From an uncultured Prevotella sp. (GTDB lineage Bacteria; Bacteroidota; Bacteroidia; Bacteroidales; Bacteroidaceae): a stretch of DNA of 64,000 bases. The stretch is taken from positions 33,324 through 97,323 of the forward strand of contig CAMQBR010000001.1 in NCBI GenBank assembly GCA_946999045.1, in the 5' to 3' direction. The translations under genes were made by a program, and so were the position numbers. Below are positions 51,224 to 60,815 of the stretch, piece by piece (position 1 is the stretch's first letter; every line of letters starts with the position of its first letter). Below the pieces are notes generated by a model that saw nothing but the letters and a program-made list of their open reading frames with translations, ran no database searches and was not told the origin of the DNA.

Positions 51224-52840
51224 TTATTTATTATCTAATTTTTCATTGTAATCTATTTCGTTTTGCGGTATCAGCCAAGTCCACTTATTACCATCTTCAG
51301 GTTTTATGGTTTTAGCTACAGCTGAATGCGCATTTCCACCATCTTTGAATGATTTGCGAACAACAGGAATATTCCAGCGCTTGTAGTCGCTCCACGCAAA
51401 GCCTTCGCCCCAAAGCTCTACCTCTCGGTAATCTTTTATCTCATCAAACAAATCTTTTCCAGTTTTGGTGCATTTATATTCAAGATTACGTCCTGTTCCT
51501 GCATTTAACTCTACCAAAGCGCGTTGTGCATCAGGTATGTTGCCCAAGAAGTAATTAGCTTCAGCTTCTATCAGTTTCATTTCGCTACCTCTGATAAAAG
51601 GCACATAGGAAACGCCTGGTTGTGCTGTAACCCAAAACTTCAATTGGCCGTCAAGATAAATATACCCATTCTTATAAGGCTTTTCCAGTCCAGGAAGACT
51701 GTGTTTTGCTATGATAGAGTCGGCTTGTGCATATACATCTTTATTTTCATCCTTAATTAAACCAAAACTTTGGTCTACGTCTTTATGAATATCTATATGC
51801 TTAAATTTATCCTCGGTTATAAACAGCTGTTTGCGGGCATCGTTATTTGGTATGCGTGTAATCAGTTCGTGTCCAATGGTACCCGCACCCGTTTCCGTAT
51901 TGTTAGCACTATATCCATTACATGCCATATTTACGCCAAAGGCCCAGTACCAGTTTTGTTCTTTCTCGCTGCCATAGCTTCCCAACAACCATTCTTTGTT
52001 TGGCTTGTAAAATCCTTCAGCATATTCTTTTCCACTCATAAGCGTAACACCTTGAAGTGCTAATTTTGCCTGTTCTAATGCCTTTTGATAATCTTGCTTG
52101 TTAAGAGCAGCGCGAGCAAAGATAGCATGTGCTACATTGATGTTTGGTATCCACACCTCGCTCGGATTTCTGTTTATCTTGCTTTCTTTAAACAACTTAA
52201 TGGCTTCCTCGCAGTCAGCATACACTTGTTTGTACGTATCGGCAAGTGATGCGGCTGGAATACTGTCAGTTTTTGTGTCCAATCGCAATGGCAATCCTTT
52301 CGATGTACCGTTGTTACTATCTTGCCAGCGATAACAATAATAATGTATCAATTTTTCAAAGGCATAAGCCCGAAAGCAAAGTGCTGATGCTTTGATAAAC
52401 TTTTTGTCTGCCTCATTACCTTCCGCATTGTCTATATTCAAGATAATATCATTGGCATTGATAATGAGCTGATAATAATAAGCCCAAGCGTACGATAAAT
52501 ATATTGAATTTGTACGAGTGTGAAAGGTTTGATTATGCAGAGGAGCCCATCCTGATGCATATCGATTGTAATTATAGTTTTGACTGGGCAAACATTCATA
52601 CAACCTGATAATGGCGTTTTCGCCTGCAAAGCCCTGTCCGTAATAAGCTTGCTGTACGGTCATTGCCTTAGCTATACCATTTAAGGTTGCATAGGCATTT
52701 ACTACATTATCAACTGCAGCTTTTGAGTCTATCGATTCGGTAGGTGATGTATTTAGGTAATCATTGCTGCACGACACAGTAGCCGAACCCATTGCAACAA
52801 ATAAGGTTGCAACTATATATTTACTTATTAGTTTTTTCAT
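51224..52840 (-). CDS. SusD/RagB-family nutrient-binding outer-membrane lipoprotein
   Basis: Lipoprotein signal MKKLISKYIVATLFVAMGSATVSC. TPR-like SusD fold. 538 aa, immediately downstream of the SusC remnant. Confidence 0.85.
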   Translation of the reverse strand: MKKLISKYIVATLFVAMGSATVSCSNDYLNTSPTESIDSKAAVDNVVNAYATLNGIAKAMTVQQAYYGQGFAGENAIIRLYECLPSQNYNYNRYASGWAPLHNQTFHTRTNSIYLSYAWAYYYQLIINANDIILNIDNAEGNEADKKFIKASALCFRAYAFEKLIHYYCYRWQDSNNGTSKGLPLRLDTKTDSIPAASLADTYKQVYADCEEAIKLFKESKINRNPSEVWIPNINVAHAIFARAALNKQDYQKALEQAKLALQGVTLMSGKEYAEGFYKPNKEWLLGSYGSEKEQNWYWAFGVNMACNGYSANNTETGAGTIGHELITRIPNNDARKQLFITEDKFKHIDIHKDVDQSFGLIKDENKDVYAQADSIIAKHSLPGLEKPYKNGYIYLDGQLKFWVTAQPGVSYVPFIRGSEMKLIEAEANYFLGNIPDAQRALVELNAGTGRNLEYKCTKTGKDLFDEIKDYREVELWGEGFAWSDYKRWNIPVVRKSFKDGGNAHSAVAKTIKPEDGNKWTWLIPQNEIDYNEKLDNK

Positions 52841-52858
52841 CTTATTCTTTTTTTTTTG

Positions 52859-54365
52859 TTAGAAGTTAAGATTTACACCTACATTGAAAACTCGTGCGGA
52901 AACGTATGTGTCATCACTTCCACCTTTGATACTATATTGTGGGTTCAATCCTTTGCGAGCTGTTAATGTCAAAAGGTTTTCTACACTTGCTTTTACCGCT
53001 ATGCTCTCGAAGCCAAAACTATGAATTAATGTTTTTGGTAGGTTGTAAGCCAAAGTTATATTTTTAAATATGAGGTACGACCCACTTGTAAGCCATCTGT
53101 CGCTTAAAGCGTTGTTGTCGTTGCTTCTTTCAAAATCAACTACAGGTAATCCTGTTGGGTCAATGCGGTTAGGACTATCTTTCTTCATGCCTTCTGGAAC
53201 ACCTTTCCATGAATTTAATATATCCTTATGTAAGGCTGCTGCAGAAGAAGCCGAAGGGGTAGACATTAGCGAATGATAAGCATTGTCAAATACTTTGCCT
53301 CCAAAGCTGTAAGTGAAAAGCATATTCAAACTTAAATCTTTCCACGCAACATTGGTTCCAAACGATCCATATACACTAGGCAATGCTGTTCCTGCCCACA
53401 CACGTTTAGCACAAGAGGTTGTAGTGGTGTATTTCACACCGTTGATTTCTACCAAATCTCCGTTTCTCTTTGCTTGTGTCTCCTTTTCGGGGTCTAATGT
53501 ATAAAGTGAGTTACCTGTCAATTGGTCAACCCCCTCGAAATGGTAAGTATACCACTCAAAAGCCGAGTGTCCCTCAGCGTAATTTTGTTGTCCATGCAAA
53601 ATAGGTTTTCCGTCAGGCAATTTTATAACTTTATTGCTTAGAGTAGTTGCATCTAATGCCACATTCCATGTAAAATCTTTACAGCGCAATACGTCTGCAT
53701 TGACAGAGAACTCTACACCACGGTTAGAAATTACTCCTATGTTCTGCCAGCGAGAAATGTTTTGCATAGCATCTGTTCCAAAGAACGAACCTGCCGATAA
53801 TGGCAAACGTACTTCAAACAATAGGTTGTCTGACCGCTTATCAAAATAGCCTAAGCTAAAATTCATACGGTTAAACAATCTTCCCTCAATACCAAAATCA
53901 ACGGTTTGTGTCGTTTCCCACTTAATGTTGTCAGCTGCCAACTTTTGTCTTATCAACGCTCCTTTACCTCCATTCTTTTCTATCAAATAAAGACTTTGAT
54001 AGCCATATAAGTCTACTGCCGCATCATTGCCCACTTCGCCATACGACAGGCGTGTGCGCAATGCATCTATCCACGTTACATCTTTTAAGAAGTTTTCTTT
54101 TTAGCTTTTGGCTTAACATACCAATATACGAGAACTCCAACATAGCCCCTTGCTCTACTTGCAATGTAAATGCGCCTTCTGCATTAGTAATGGTACCCGT
54201 ATTAGTACCTAACACTTTAACAGAAGCTCCTACAACGGGCTCTCCATCATCGGAAGACGTAACTTTTCCCGAGACTTTCATCTGTGCCATCACCATTCCT
54301 ACAAATAAGAAAAGTGAGGCAAGAAGCATTGTTAACCTTTTTACCATAAAGTAACTATTCAGCAA
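52859..54365 (-). pseudogene. Disrupted SusC/RagA-type TonB-dependent receptor (N-terminal about 90 aa fused out of frame to C-terminal about 400 aa; plug and much of the barrel missing)
   Basis: 54024-54365 encodes the signal peptide plus carboxypeptidase-regulatory-like domain (…VSGKVTSSDDGEPVVGASVKVLGTNTGTITNAEGAFTLQV…EFSYIGM) and then changes frame. 52859-54061 encodes …KDVTWIDALRTRLSYGEVGN… through the terminal barrel strand (…VGVNLNF). Total about 500 aa versus about 1000 expected. Confidence 0.7.
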
Positions 54366-54853
54366 TAAAGATTATAGAGTATTGCTGAGAAACAGCGAGT
54401 TACAAGAATAGATATATAAAAATTTTGGCAAAAAATATCATTTTTGATCGGTTTACTATAATAATAAGTCTGCAAGTTTCTGATATTCAATGTTTATGAT
54501 TGCTGAATAGTTACACCATAAATACTCTCTTTAAAATATAATTAATCTATACTAAATGTGTTAAATATATCTTTTGTAATATTGTTTATACTATATATAT
54601 AATGTTTTAATTGGAACTATAAAACTTTTGTTTTATAGTTCACTTATTAATCTACTTTCTATTTGTAAGCTATTGTACATTTTTTGTGTTATTTTGCAAA
54701 TATATGCTAATAATAAATACAGTGCAAGTAAACAAGTAGAATAGTGACATCGTTAAACACTTTTTAACCAAACAGGCATTAAAATAGAAAAAATATCAAT
54801 AATTACATAAGCAGAAAAAGCAAGTACAAAATAAAAGATAAGTGTTATGTGTT

Positions 54854-54942
54854 AGGCTGGTTCTATAAATTAGCATTGCATACAGTAATTAATTTTTATG
54901 AAAATACGTTTTTTTATCTTTTAGTTTCTTTTTAGAACCGCC
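54854..54942. mobile_element. Short (89 bp) MITE family-1 derivative
   Basis: GGCTGGTTCTATAAATTAGC…TTTTTAGAACCGCCC. Shares flanks (GTGTTA|…|TTTTAT) with the 57764 element. Confidence 0.5.
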
Positions 54943-54948
54943 CTTTTA

Positions 54949-56940
54949 TCAAAGTTTGCACCTCACTTGCAGCTCCATGTTAGTTTGTGTATTCTTGTTA
55001 ATTTGTTGGTAAGACGAGCCGATGACATCACGATCAAGATAATAAGTAGAGCCGAGTTTGAGAGCCAGCATCAGTGTACTATTTACATGATATCGCATAT
55101 TAACAGCACAACGAAAGCCCTTGCCCGTAAACATAGGGAAAGAAAAAGTGTACAGCATACCACGTTCGTAGGCATATAGCCTACTGTTATAATCTTGTGT
55201 ATGAAAGTAAGCTATATTTGCAAATAAGCCATATATATTATGTTGATAGCCAATACTTTGTGTTAACATATAACCTAAACTATGTGATAATCCTTTATAA
55301 TATGTACCATCTGTCTGTGTTTTACTCATCCATTTGCCACTAACCTTCATCCATGAAAGTCGTATCCTGTGCGTATAGGTATTGAGCAAAGCCGCTTTGT
55401 TGCTATTATCTTTTTGCTGGATGCGTAATCTGTACCGAGTTTGCAAGCTCCATTTCTTATATTGGTAATTACCCAGTAGCATATAATCATAAGAGTAACT
55501 ACTCTGTGAAGCACGATAAGTAGCCCAAGGAAAGTATGCCCAATCGCCATATAGCATTAACGAAAGGTTGGAAGTGGGTTGCCAGTAAGCCCCCACATAC
55601 AGTCCACTTTCGTTTTGAATATGTCCGCCATCGCTAAAACTTCTGCTCAGTAATGAATAATATTTGTGCGAATAAAATCGCTGTACTACTATCAAGCTAA
55701 GATTAGAAAGGCATTGATAGTTAAAACTATGAAGCGTAGCCCACGCCCCATGATTGCCTGTTGCCGTTTCTCCTTGTAAAGTTAATCGCCGACTAATATA
55801 GCCATAATCTATACTACTGTTCCAAAACTCTTTTCCTCTGGGAGAAAATTTTCTGTACATTTGATTTTCTTTTGGTTGCAAAGTTCTGTTTAGTAATGTA
55901 GCAATTGCATTTACACCTATATGAAAACCATTCTTAAAATACTGCAAACGTCCACCTACAATGCTTTGTGATGTGTTATGTTTCCGGCTCATCTCATTTA
56001 ATGTGCGATGATAACCCGATGTAACAATGTTGACTATAGAAGAGTCTTTTTTATTCAACGTAGCATCTATTTGCCGATACGACACAAAGCCAGTGAGGTC
56101 AAGTCCTTTCATGATCTCTGCTGTTGCAGCTACTCCTTGCAAATAATCAGCTTCCGACTTAGACGAATGTGCTCTGATAGCTTGCATATTGTTAGTTAAA
56201 GACGATAACGAAATTAGCTTTCCAAGTCCAAAATCACGATTGATAATAAGCCCCATTCCCATTTTTAATCGATAGCGTCCCAATAGTAATGACTTTATTC
56301 GTCCACACTTTTTTATTTGCGCATATGCCGAATAGTAATCATACCCCCACTTATTGCGCCCTGCAAACCATGGCTCACCCGCATCTTGTGAAGCCACTAC
56401 ACCAGCCTTTACATACTGTCCGTAGGAAAAAGTATAGCGCCACCAATGTTTGAAAGGGTAACCCATATAGCCATTAATATCACCTTTTCTCTTGTAAAAC
56501 GGTATTTTCCCTGTTAGCAGAAGTTCGTGTTTACCATATTGAACAATGTTTTTAAAAGAAGGAAACCTATGTTGAGGATTACTATCAATCGTAATAAAAA
56601 AGCTCAATAACTTTCTGCGTAAAGCATCTAACGACTCTATCATGGCCAGCTCTCCTAAACTCTGTAAAGGTGCATATTGATTAATATACGCTACCAATTC
56701 TTCTATTTGTACAGATGATAAGAAGGGTAGTTGCTCTAAATCTTCTCTTGTGGCACTATTCAGGTTAATAGGATGTTCTGCCAGTTCGGCTAAAAACTCG
56801 TAAGTAGCTTCTTTATCTGTTGTTACCATATCGCTCATACTGCTCAATTGCTCGTAATAATACTCCCACGAAGGTGTATATTGGGCGTAGAGAAAAGTTG
56901 TACAAAACAATAAAAATAAAAAGACAATACTCTTCTTCAT
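54949..56940 (-). CDS. Secreted helix-hairpin-helix (ComEA-like) domain protein with large C-terminal beta-rich domain
   Basis: Start set at MKKSIVFLFLLFCTTFLYAQ (ATG 56940); the track ORF extends spuriously upstream. …INLNSATREDLEQLPFLSSVQIEELVAYINQYAPLQSLGEL is a tandem HhH. Confidence 0.5.
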   Translation of the reverse strand: MKKSIVFLFLLFCTTFLYAQYTPSWEYYYEQLSSMSDMVTTDKEATYEFLAELAEHPINLNSATREDLEQLPFLSSVQIEELVAYINQYAPLQSLGELAMIESLDALRRKLLSFFITIDSNPQHRFPSFKNIVQYGKHELLLTGKIPFYKRKGDINGYMGYPFKHWWRYTFSYGQYVKAGVVASQDAGEPWFAGRNKWGYDYYSAYAQIKKCGRIKSLLLGRYRLKMGMGLIINRDFGLGKLISLSSLTNNMQAIRAHSSKSEADYLQGVAATAEIMKGLDLTGFVSYRQIDATLNKKDSSIVNIVTSGYHRTLNEMSRKHNTSQSIVGGRLQYFKNGFHIGVNAIATLLNRTLQPKENQMYRKFSPRGKEFWNSSIDYGYISRRLTLQGETATGNHGAWATLHSFNYQCLSNLSLIVVQRFYSHKYYSLLSRSFSDGGHIQNESGLYVGAYWQPTSNLSLMLYGDWAYFPWATYRASQSSYSYDYMLLGNYQYKKWSLQTRYRLRIQQKDNSNKAALLNTYTHRIRLSWMKVSGKWMSKTQTDGTYYKGLSHSLGYMLTQSIGYQHNIYGLFANIAYFHTQDYNSRLYAYERGMLYTFSFPMFTGKGFRCAVNMRYHVNSTLMLALKLGSTYYLDRDVIGSSYQQINKNTQTNMELQVRCKL

Positions 56941-57058
56941 GGGGAAATATGGAATTATATGTATGTAGATACAAAAATAATTTGAAAACCTTAATATGGC
57001 AAATAAAAATAAAATTATTTTTAGTACTGCAAAAATATAAGTACATTTGCTTGTAGAT

Positions 57059-57691
57059 ATGAAGAAAACAATATTTATCAGTATGTTGCTTATGCTGTTG
57101 GCGAGCATACAACTATCTGCACAAAACGTAAATCCAGAAGACAGAGATGTAGATATGGATAGTCCTACCTTTGAACCAATGGTTAAGATAGGAAAGGTGT
57201 TACATGGACGCGACTCCATACAATATATGGAGTTTAATAATGTGTATGTATACCCACAACCTGTGTTTAAGAATGCCGAACAACGTATGGCATATAACAG
57301 ACTGGTACGTAACGTAAAATTGGTTTTGCCCATTGCCAAGGAAGTAAACCGTATTATTATAGAGACAGGCGACTATTTACAAACGCTACCTAACAAGCGT
57401 GCTAAGGACGAACACATGAAAAAAGTGGAGCGTGGTATTAAGCAACAATATACCCCTCGTATGAAAAAACTAACCTACCAACAGGGCAAATTGTTGATTA
57501 AATTGGTATATAGAGAGTGCAATTCGTCATCTTATCAACTTATTCAAGCCTTTATGGGACCTATTCGAGCTGGCTTTTGGCAAGCTTTTGCTTGGGCTTT
57601 TGGAGCTAGTTTAACAAAAAAATATGATGCTCAAGGAGTTGATAGACTAACCGAGCGTGTGGTATTACAAGTAGAATCAGGACAACTATAG
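57059..57691 (+). CDS. Hypothetical secreted protein (DUF4294-like)
   Basis: Signal peptide MKKTIFISMLLMLLASIQLSAQ. 210 aa. Divergent from the HhH protein gene. Confidence 0.4.
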   Translation: MKKTIFISMLLMLLASIQLSAQNVNPEDRDVDMDSPTFEPMVKIGKVLHGRDSIQYMEFNNVYVYPQPVFKNAEQRMAYNRLVRNVKLVLPIAKEVNRIIIETGDYLQTLPNKRAKDEHMKKVERGIKQQYTPRMKKLTYQQGKLLIKLVYRECNSSSYQLIQAFMGPIRAGFWQAFAWAFGASLTKKYDAQGVDRLTERVVLQVESGQL

Positions 57692-57763
57692 GCTTTTTTT
57701 ATTTTGGTTTGTCGTGAACTATAGGGATGAACGGCTTGCATACAAGAAACATCATTTGTGTTA

Positions 57764-57821
57764 AGGCTGGCTCTATAAAATTTTACTCACAACATATATG
57801 GTGTAATTTTATAGAGCCAGC
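57764..57821. repeat. 58-bp near-perfect palindrome (mini-MITE/terminator) between convergent genes
   Basis: GGCTGGCTCTATAAAATTTTACTCACAACATATATGGTGTAATTTTATAGAGCCAGCC. 22-bp arms related to the family-1 TIR. Confidence 0.6.
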
Positions 57822-57834
57822 CTTTTATTATGAA

Positions 57835-59904
57835 TTAGGACATTGCAGTATCTTTCTTCTTTTCTTCTGGATAGGAAATGCGAGTGTGGTAAATAGCCTT
57901 GAGCTTTTCTATGAGAACCTGTTTGGCTTGCATCACATCACGGAATGTAATAGGACAATCAAGAAATGCTCCTCGAGATAGTTGTCCATCTACTATCTTA
58001 TTCGTTAGTTCGGTAATGCTCTCTTCTGTGTATTCTTTCAACGAACGAGAAGCTGCCTCTACCGAGTCGGCCATCATCAAAATGGCTTGCTCTCTGGTAG
58101 TTGGGTCAGGCCCCGGATAAGTAAAAGGTTCAGCATCTACCTCCTCATCTGGATGTTCGTTTTTATACTTTATATAAAAATAACTGGCAGTACCTGTACC
58201 ATGATGCGTTAAAATAAAGCCTTTGATAAAGGCAGGAAGATTGTTTTGTTCTGCTAATTTTACCCCTTCGGTAACATGGCTAATAATAATTCTCGCACTC
58301 TCTTTAGGCGATAAGTTATCATGCGGATTAGGTCCTACCTGATTTTCTGTAAAGTAAGCAGGGTTTGTCATTTTGCCAATATCATGATATAGTGCACCTG
58401 TACGAACAAGAAGACTGTTAGCTCCTATCTTATTAGCTATCTCAGCTGCAAGGTTTGCCACCGTAATAGAATGTTGGAATGTTCCTGGAGCCACCTCACT
58501 TAATGTGCGAAGAATACCCCTATTGGTGTTGGACAATTCAAAAAGTGTAACGTTAGAAGTAAACCCAAATAGCTTCTCTATGATGTACATTAGTGGATAC
58601 GCCAGCAACAGCAGTACAGCACTTACGGCAAAGTGATAATACATATCGGTGTCGAGCTTATCTATCGAATTGTTTTGCATGAGTTGCAAGGCGAAATAAA
58701 CCACCGAATAAGAGATACCTACATAGATAGCCGTCTTGAATACCTGCGAACGCTGTGTAAGTTCGCGTAGCGAGTAGACGGCTACCATGCCAGCAACCAG
58801 TTGCATAATAATAAATTCGTACTGGTATTTAACCGCTGCCGCACATATTAAAACAATGGCGCACTGGGTAGTAAAAGCTGTTCGAGAGTCCATAAACATT
58901 CGCACAAAAATAGCCGATGTGGTAAGAGGAAGGATATAAACGCTAAACAAGTTATGCTTCATCATAAGCGACACCAAGATAGGAAAAATGGTAATGAGCA
59001 CATACAGCATGGCAATACTACTGGGCTTATTAAAGTATTCTTTGCGGAACAGCGACAAATAGATGGTAAACAGCAGAACCAGAACCGTAACATAGAGAAG
59101 TTGTCCATAGAAAGTAGTTTGCAGTTCAGCATCTGAAACATTGCGTCGTTGCATCTCTCGTTCAAATGAATTAAGCACTCGGTAAGTGTATTTGTCTACG
59201 ATATCGCCTCTGTCTATAATCTTTTGTCCACTTATCACCATTCCACTGGCAATGGCAACACCACTCAAAAGGTCGTTAAGTTCAGTTTCGCTCCGGTCTT
59301 TATCGTACACTATATTAGGCTGCAAGTACTCGTTAAGGTTGCAACGCTGCAAAAGTTGTCGGTAGGGCAGTAACTGTTCATCATTAAACAGCTGTTCGTA
59401 AGCCGAGAGTGTAGAATAGATACAACCTACGGTTTTGCTTTGAGCTTCTTTACCATTCACCACCCTTATCATACTGGTAGAGTCTTTAGCAAATCTATTA
59501 TAGTCTGGCGCATTAATAATACCCGACTGGTACAATCGGTGCAAGCGATCTATAATAATGTGGATATATCCATTTGGCAAGCCTGCAATGCCCAACTTAA
59601 AATCTTTCTTAAAGCGGTCTATCTGTTGTTTTTCTACTTGCGTTTGATAATTAAAATAGGGCTGAAAATATTGTTTCAATGAGTCTTTCTCTTCCTTAAT
59701 AGCCTCGTCTGTTTTATATACAGGGAAATCGAAACTGGCAATGAACGAATTATACATCCAAGGTTTGTTTACATCATAATGAAACTGCTTGCCTGCATTG
59801 CGAGGTAAGAACCATACGATGAGTGCCACCGTGATAATAATAAGTACGGTTCGTGTGAAAATATTACGCCAGTTTATATTTGGGGTTATATTAAATCTAT
59901 TCAT
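57835..59904 (-). CDS. 7TM-receptor-linked HD/HDIG phosphohydrolase (YqfF-like)
   Basis: N-terminal TM helix plus extracellular domain, 7TM block, C-terminal HD domain (…YHDIGKMTNPAYFTENQ…). Confidence 0.8.
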   Translation of the reverse strand: MNRFNITPNINWRNIFTRTVLIIITVALIVWFLPRNAGKQFHYDVNKPWMYNSFIASFDFPVYKTDEAIKEEKDSLKQYFQPYFNYQTQVEKQQIDRFKKDFKLGIAGLPNGYIHIIIDRLHRLYQSGIINAPDYNRFAKDSTSMIRVVNGKEAQSKTVGCIYSTLSAYEQLFNDEQLLPYRQLLQRCNLNEYLQPNIVYDKDRSETELNDLLSGVAIASGMVISGQKIIDRGDIVDKYTYRVLNSFEREMQRRNVSDAELQTTFYGQLLYVTVLVLLFTIYLSLFRKEYFNKPSSIAMLYVLITIFPILVSLMMKHNLFSVYILPLTTSAIFVRMFMDSRTAFTTQCAIVLICAAAVKYQYEFIIMQLVAGMVAVYSLRELTQRSQVFKTAIYVGISYSVVYFALQLMQNNSIDKLDTDMYYHFAVSAVLLLLAYPLMYIIEKLFGFTSNVTLFELSNTNRGILRTLSEVAPGTFQHSITVANLAAEIANKIGANSLLVRTGALYHDIGKMTNPAYFTENQVGPNPHDNLSPKESARIIISHVTEGVKLAEQNNLPAFIKGFILTHHGTGTASYFYIKYKNEHPDEEVDAEPFTYPGPDPTTREQAILMMADSVEAASRSLKEYTEESITELTNKIVDGQLSRGAFLDCPITFRDVMQAKQVLIEKLKAIYHTRISYPEEKKKDTAMS

Positions 59905-60815
59905 GTCTTGTATATAAGAAAAACATATTATAAGTTGCTACAATATTATAAATACAAAGATAGGATATTTTTTTACTTTTCTGTTATATTCTCTGTACTT
60001 TCTTATTTATCAAAAAAAGTAGTATTAATGTATCCTTATTATGTATAACAATCTAATTTTCAATAAGATACAAATAGTACTTATGCAAAATAAATATTTC
60101 ATTAAATATTTTTTTTAGGCGAGTTTATTATAAACTATTAACTTTTTCCTAAATGTGGGTGGTATTCAACAAAAAGTGTAAAGTTTACTTTTTTTTGAAA
60201 CATCCTGCTGATACGTGGTAAAGGTAGGTGTAGGTTTTGTCTGGTAATTTTACCAAAAAAACACTATCTAAAATCTACAAAATAGAAAAATTTAATAGGC
60301 AAGTGATAGACAAAAATACGCTGATTATAACAAAACAGGCGTCTTTTCAAGTCAAAAACATTAAGTAAAAGCCCTTGAAAACACGCTTTAAGGGCATTAT
60401 CTATATGACATAGCAGCATTAAAGTATGCAAATTGTTAGATTATCTCAATGTTTTAGCTGTAAAAAAAGGGTAAAAATAGGAAAGAAAAGAGGTGGTATA
60501 AGTATAATGTCTTAAATAACAATAGTTTACAAATGTTACTTATAATTTGCATATTTGCTTACAAACTTTGCCTTGGTTGTTTTCATGCAAGTTATGAGAG
60601 GCACTTTGTAAAGATAATTCAGCATAGCTGAGCCTTCCATGTAGCACATTATTAACTTTAGAAATGCAGTTTTTGTTGGTGTCTTTTCGTTGTAAAAATA
60701 CCATTCTAAAAAGAAAGAGCTGTGCCGAGAAATAATAGCTTACTAAAAATGAATAAATAATTTTGCCCCACCATTCATTTTTGATAACTTTGTGAATTCG
60801 ATAAAATAGCAGTAT

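Noticed and set aside
54949-57339. 796-aa ORF in the track
   Set aside because: The first about 133 codons lack a signal peptide and overlap the divergent promoter region. A canonical signal-peptide start (MKKSIVFLF…) exists at 56940, which I adopted.
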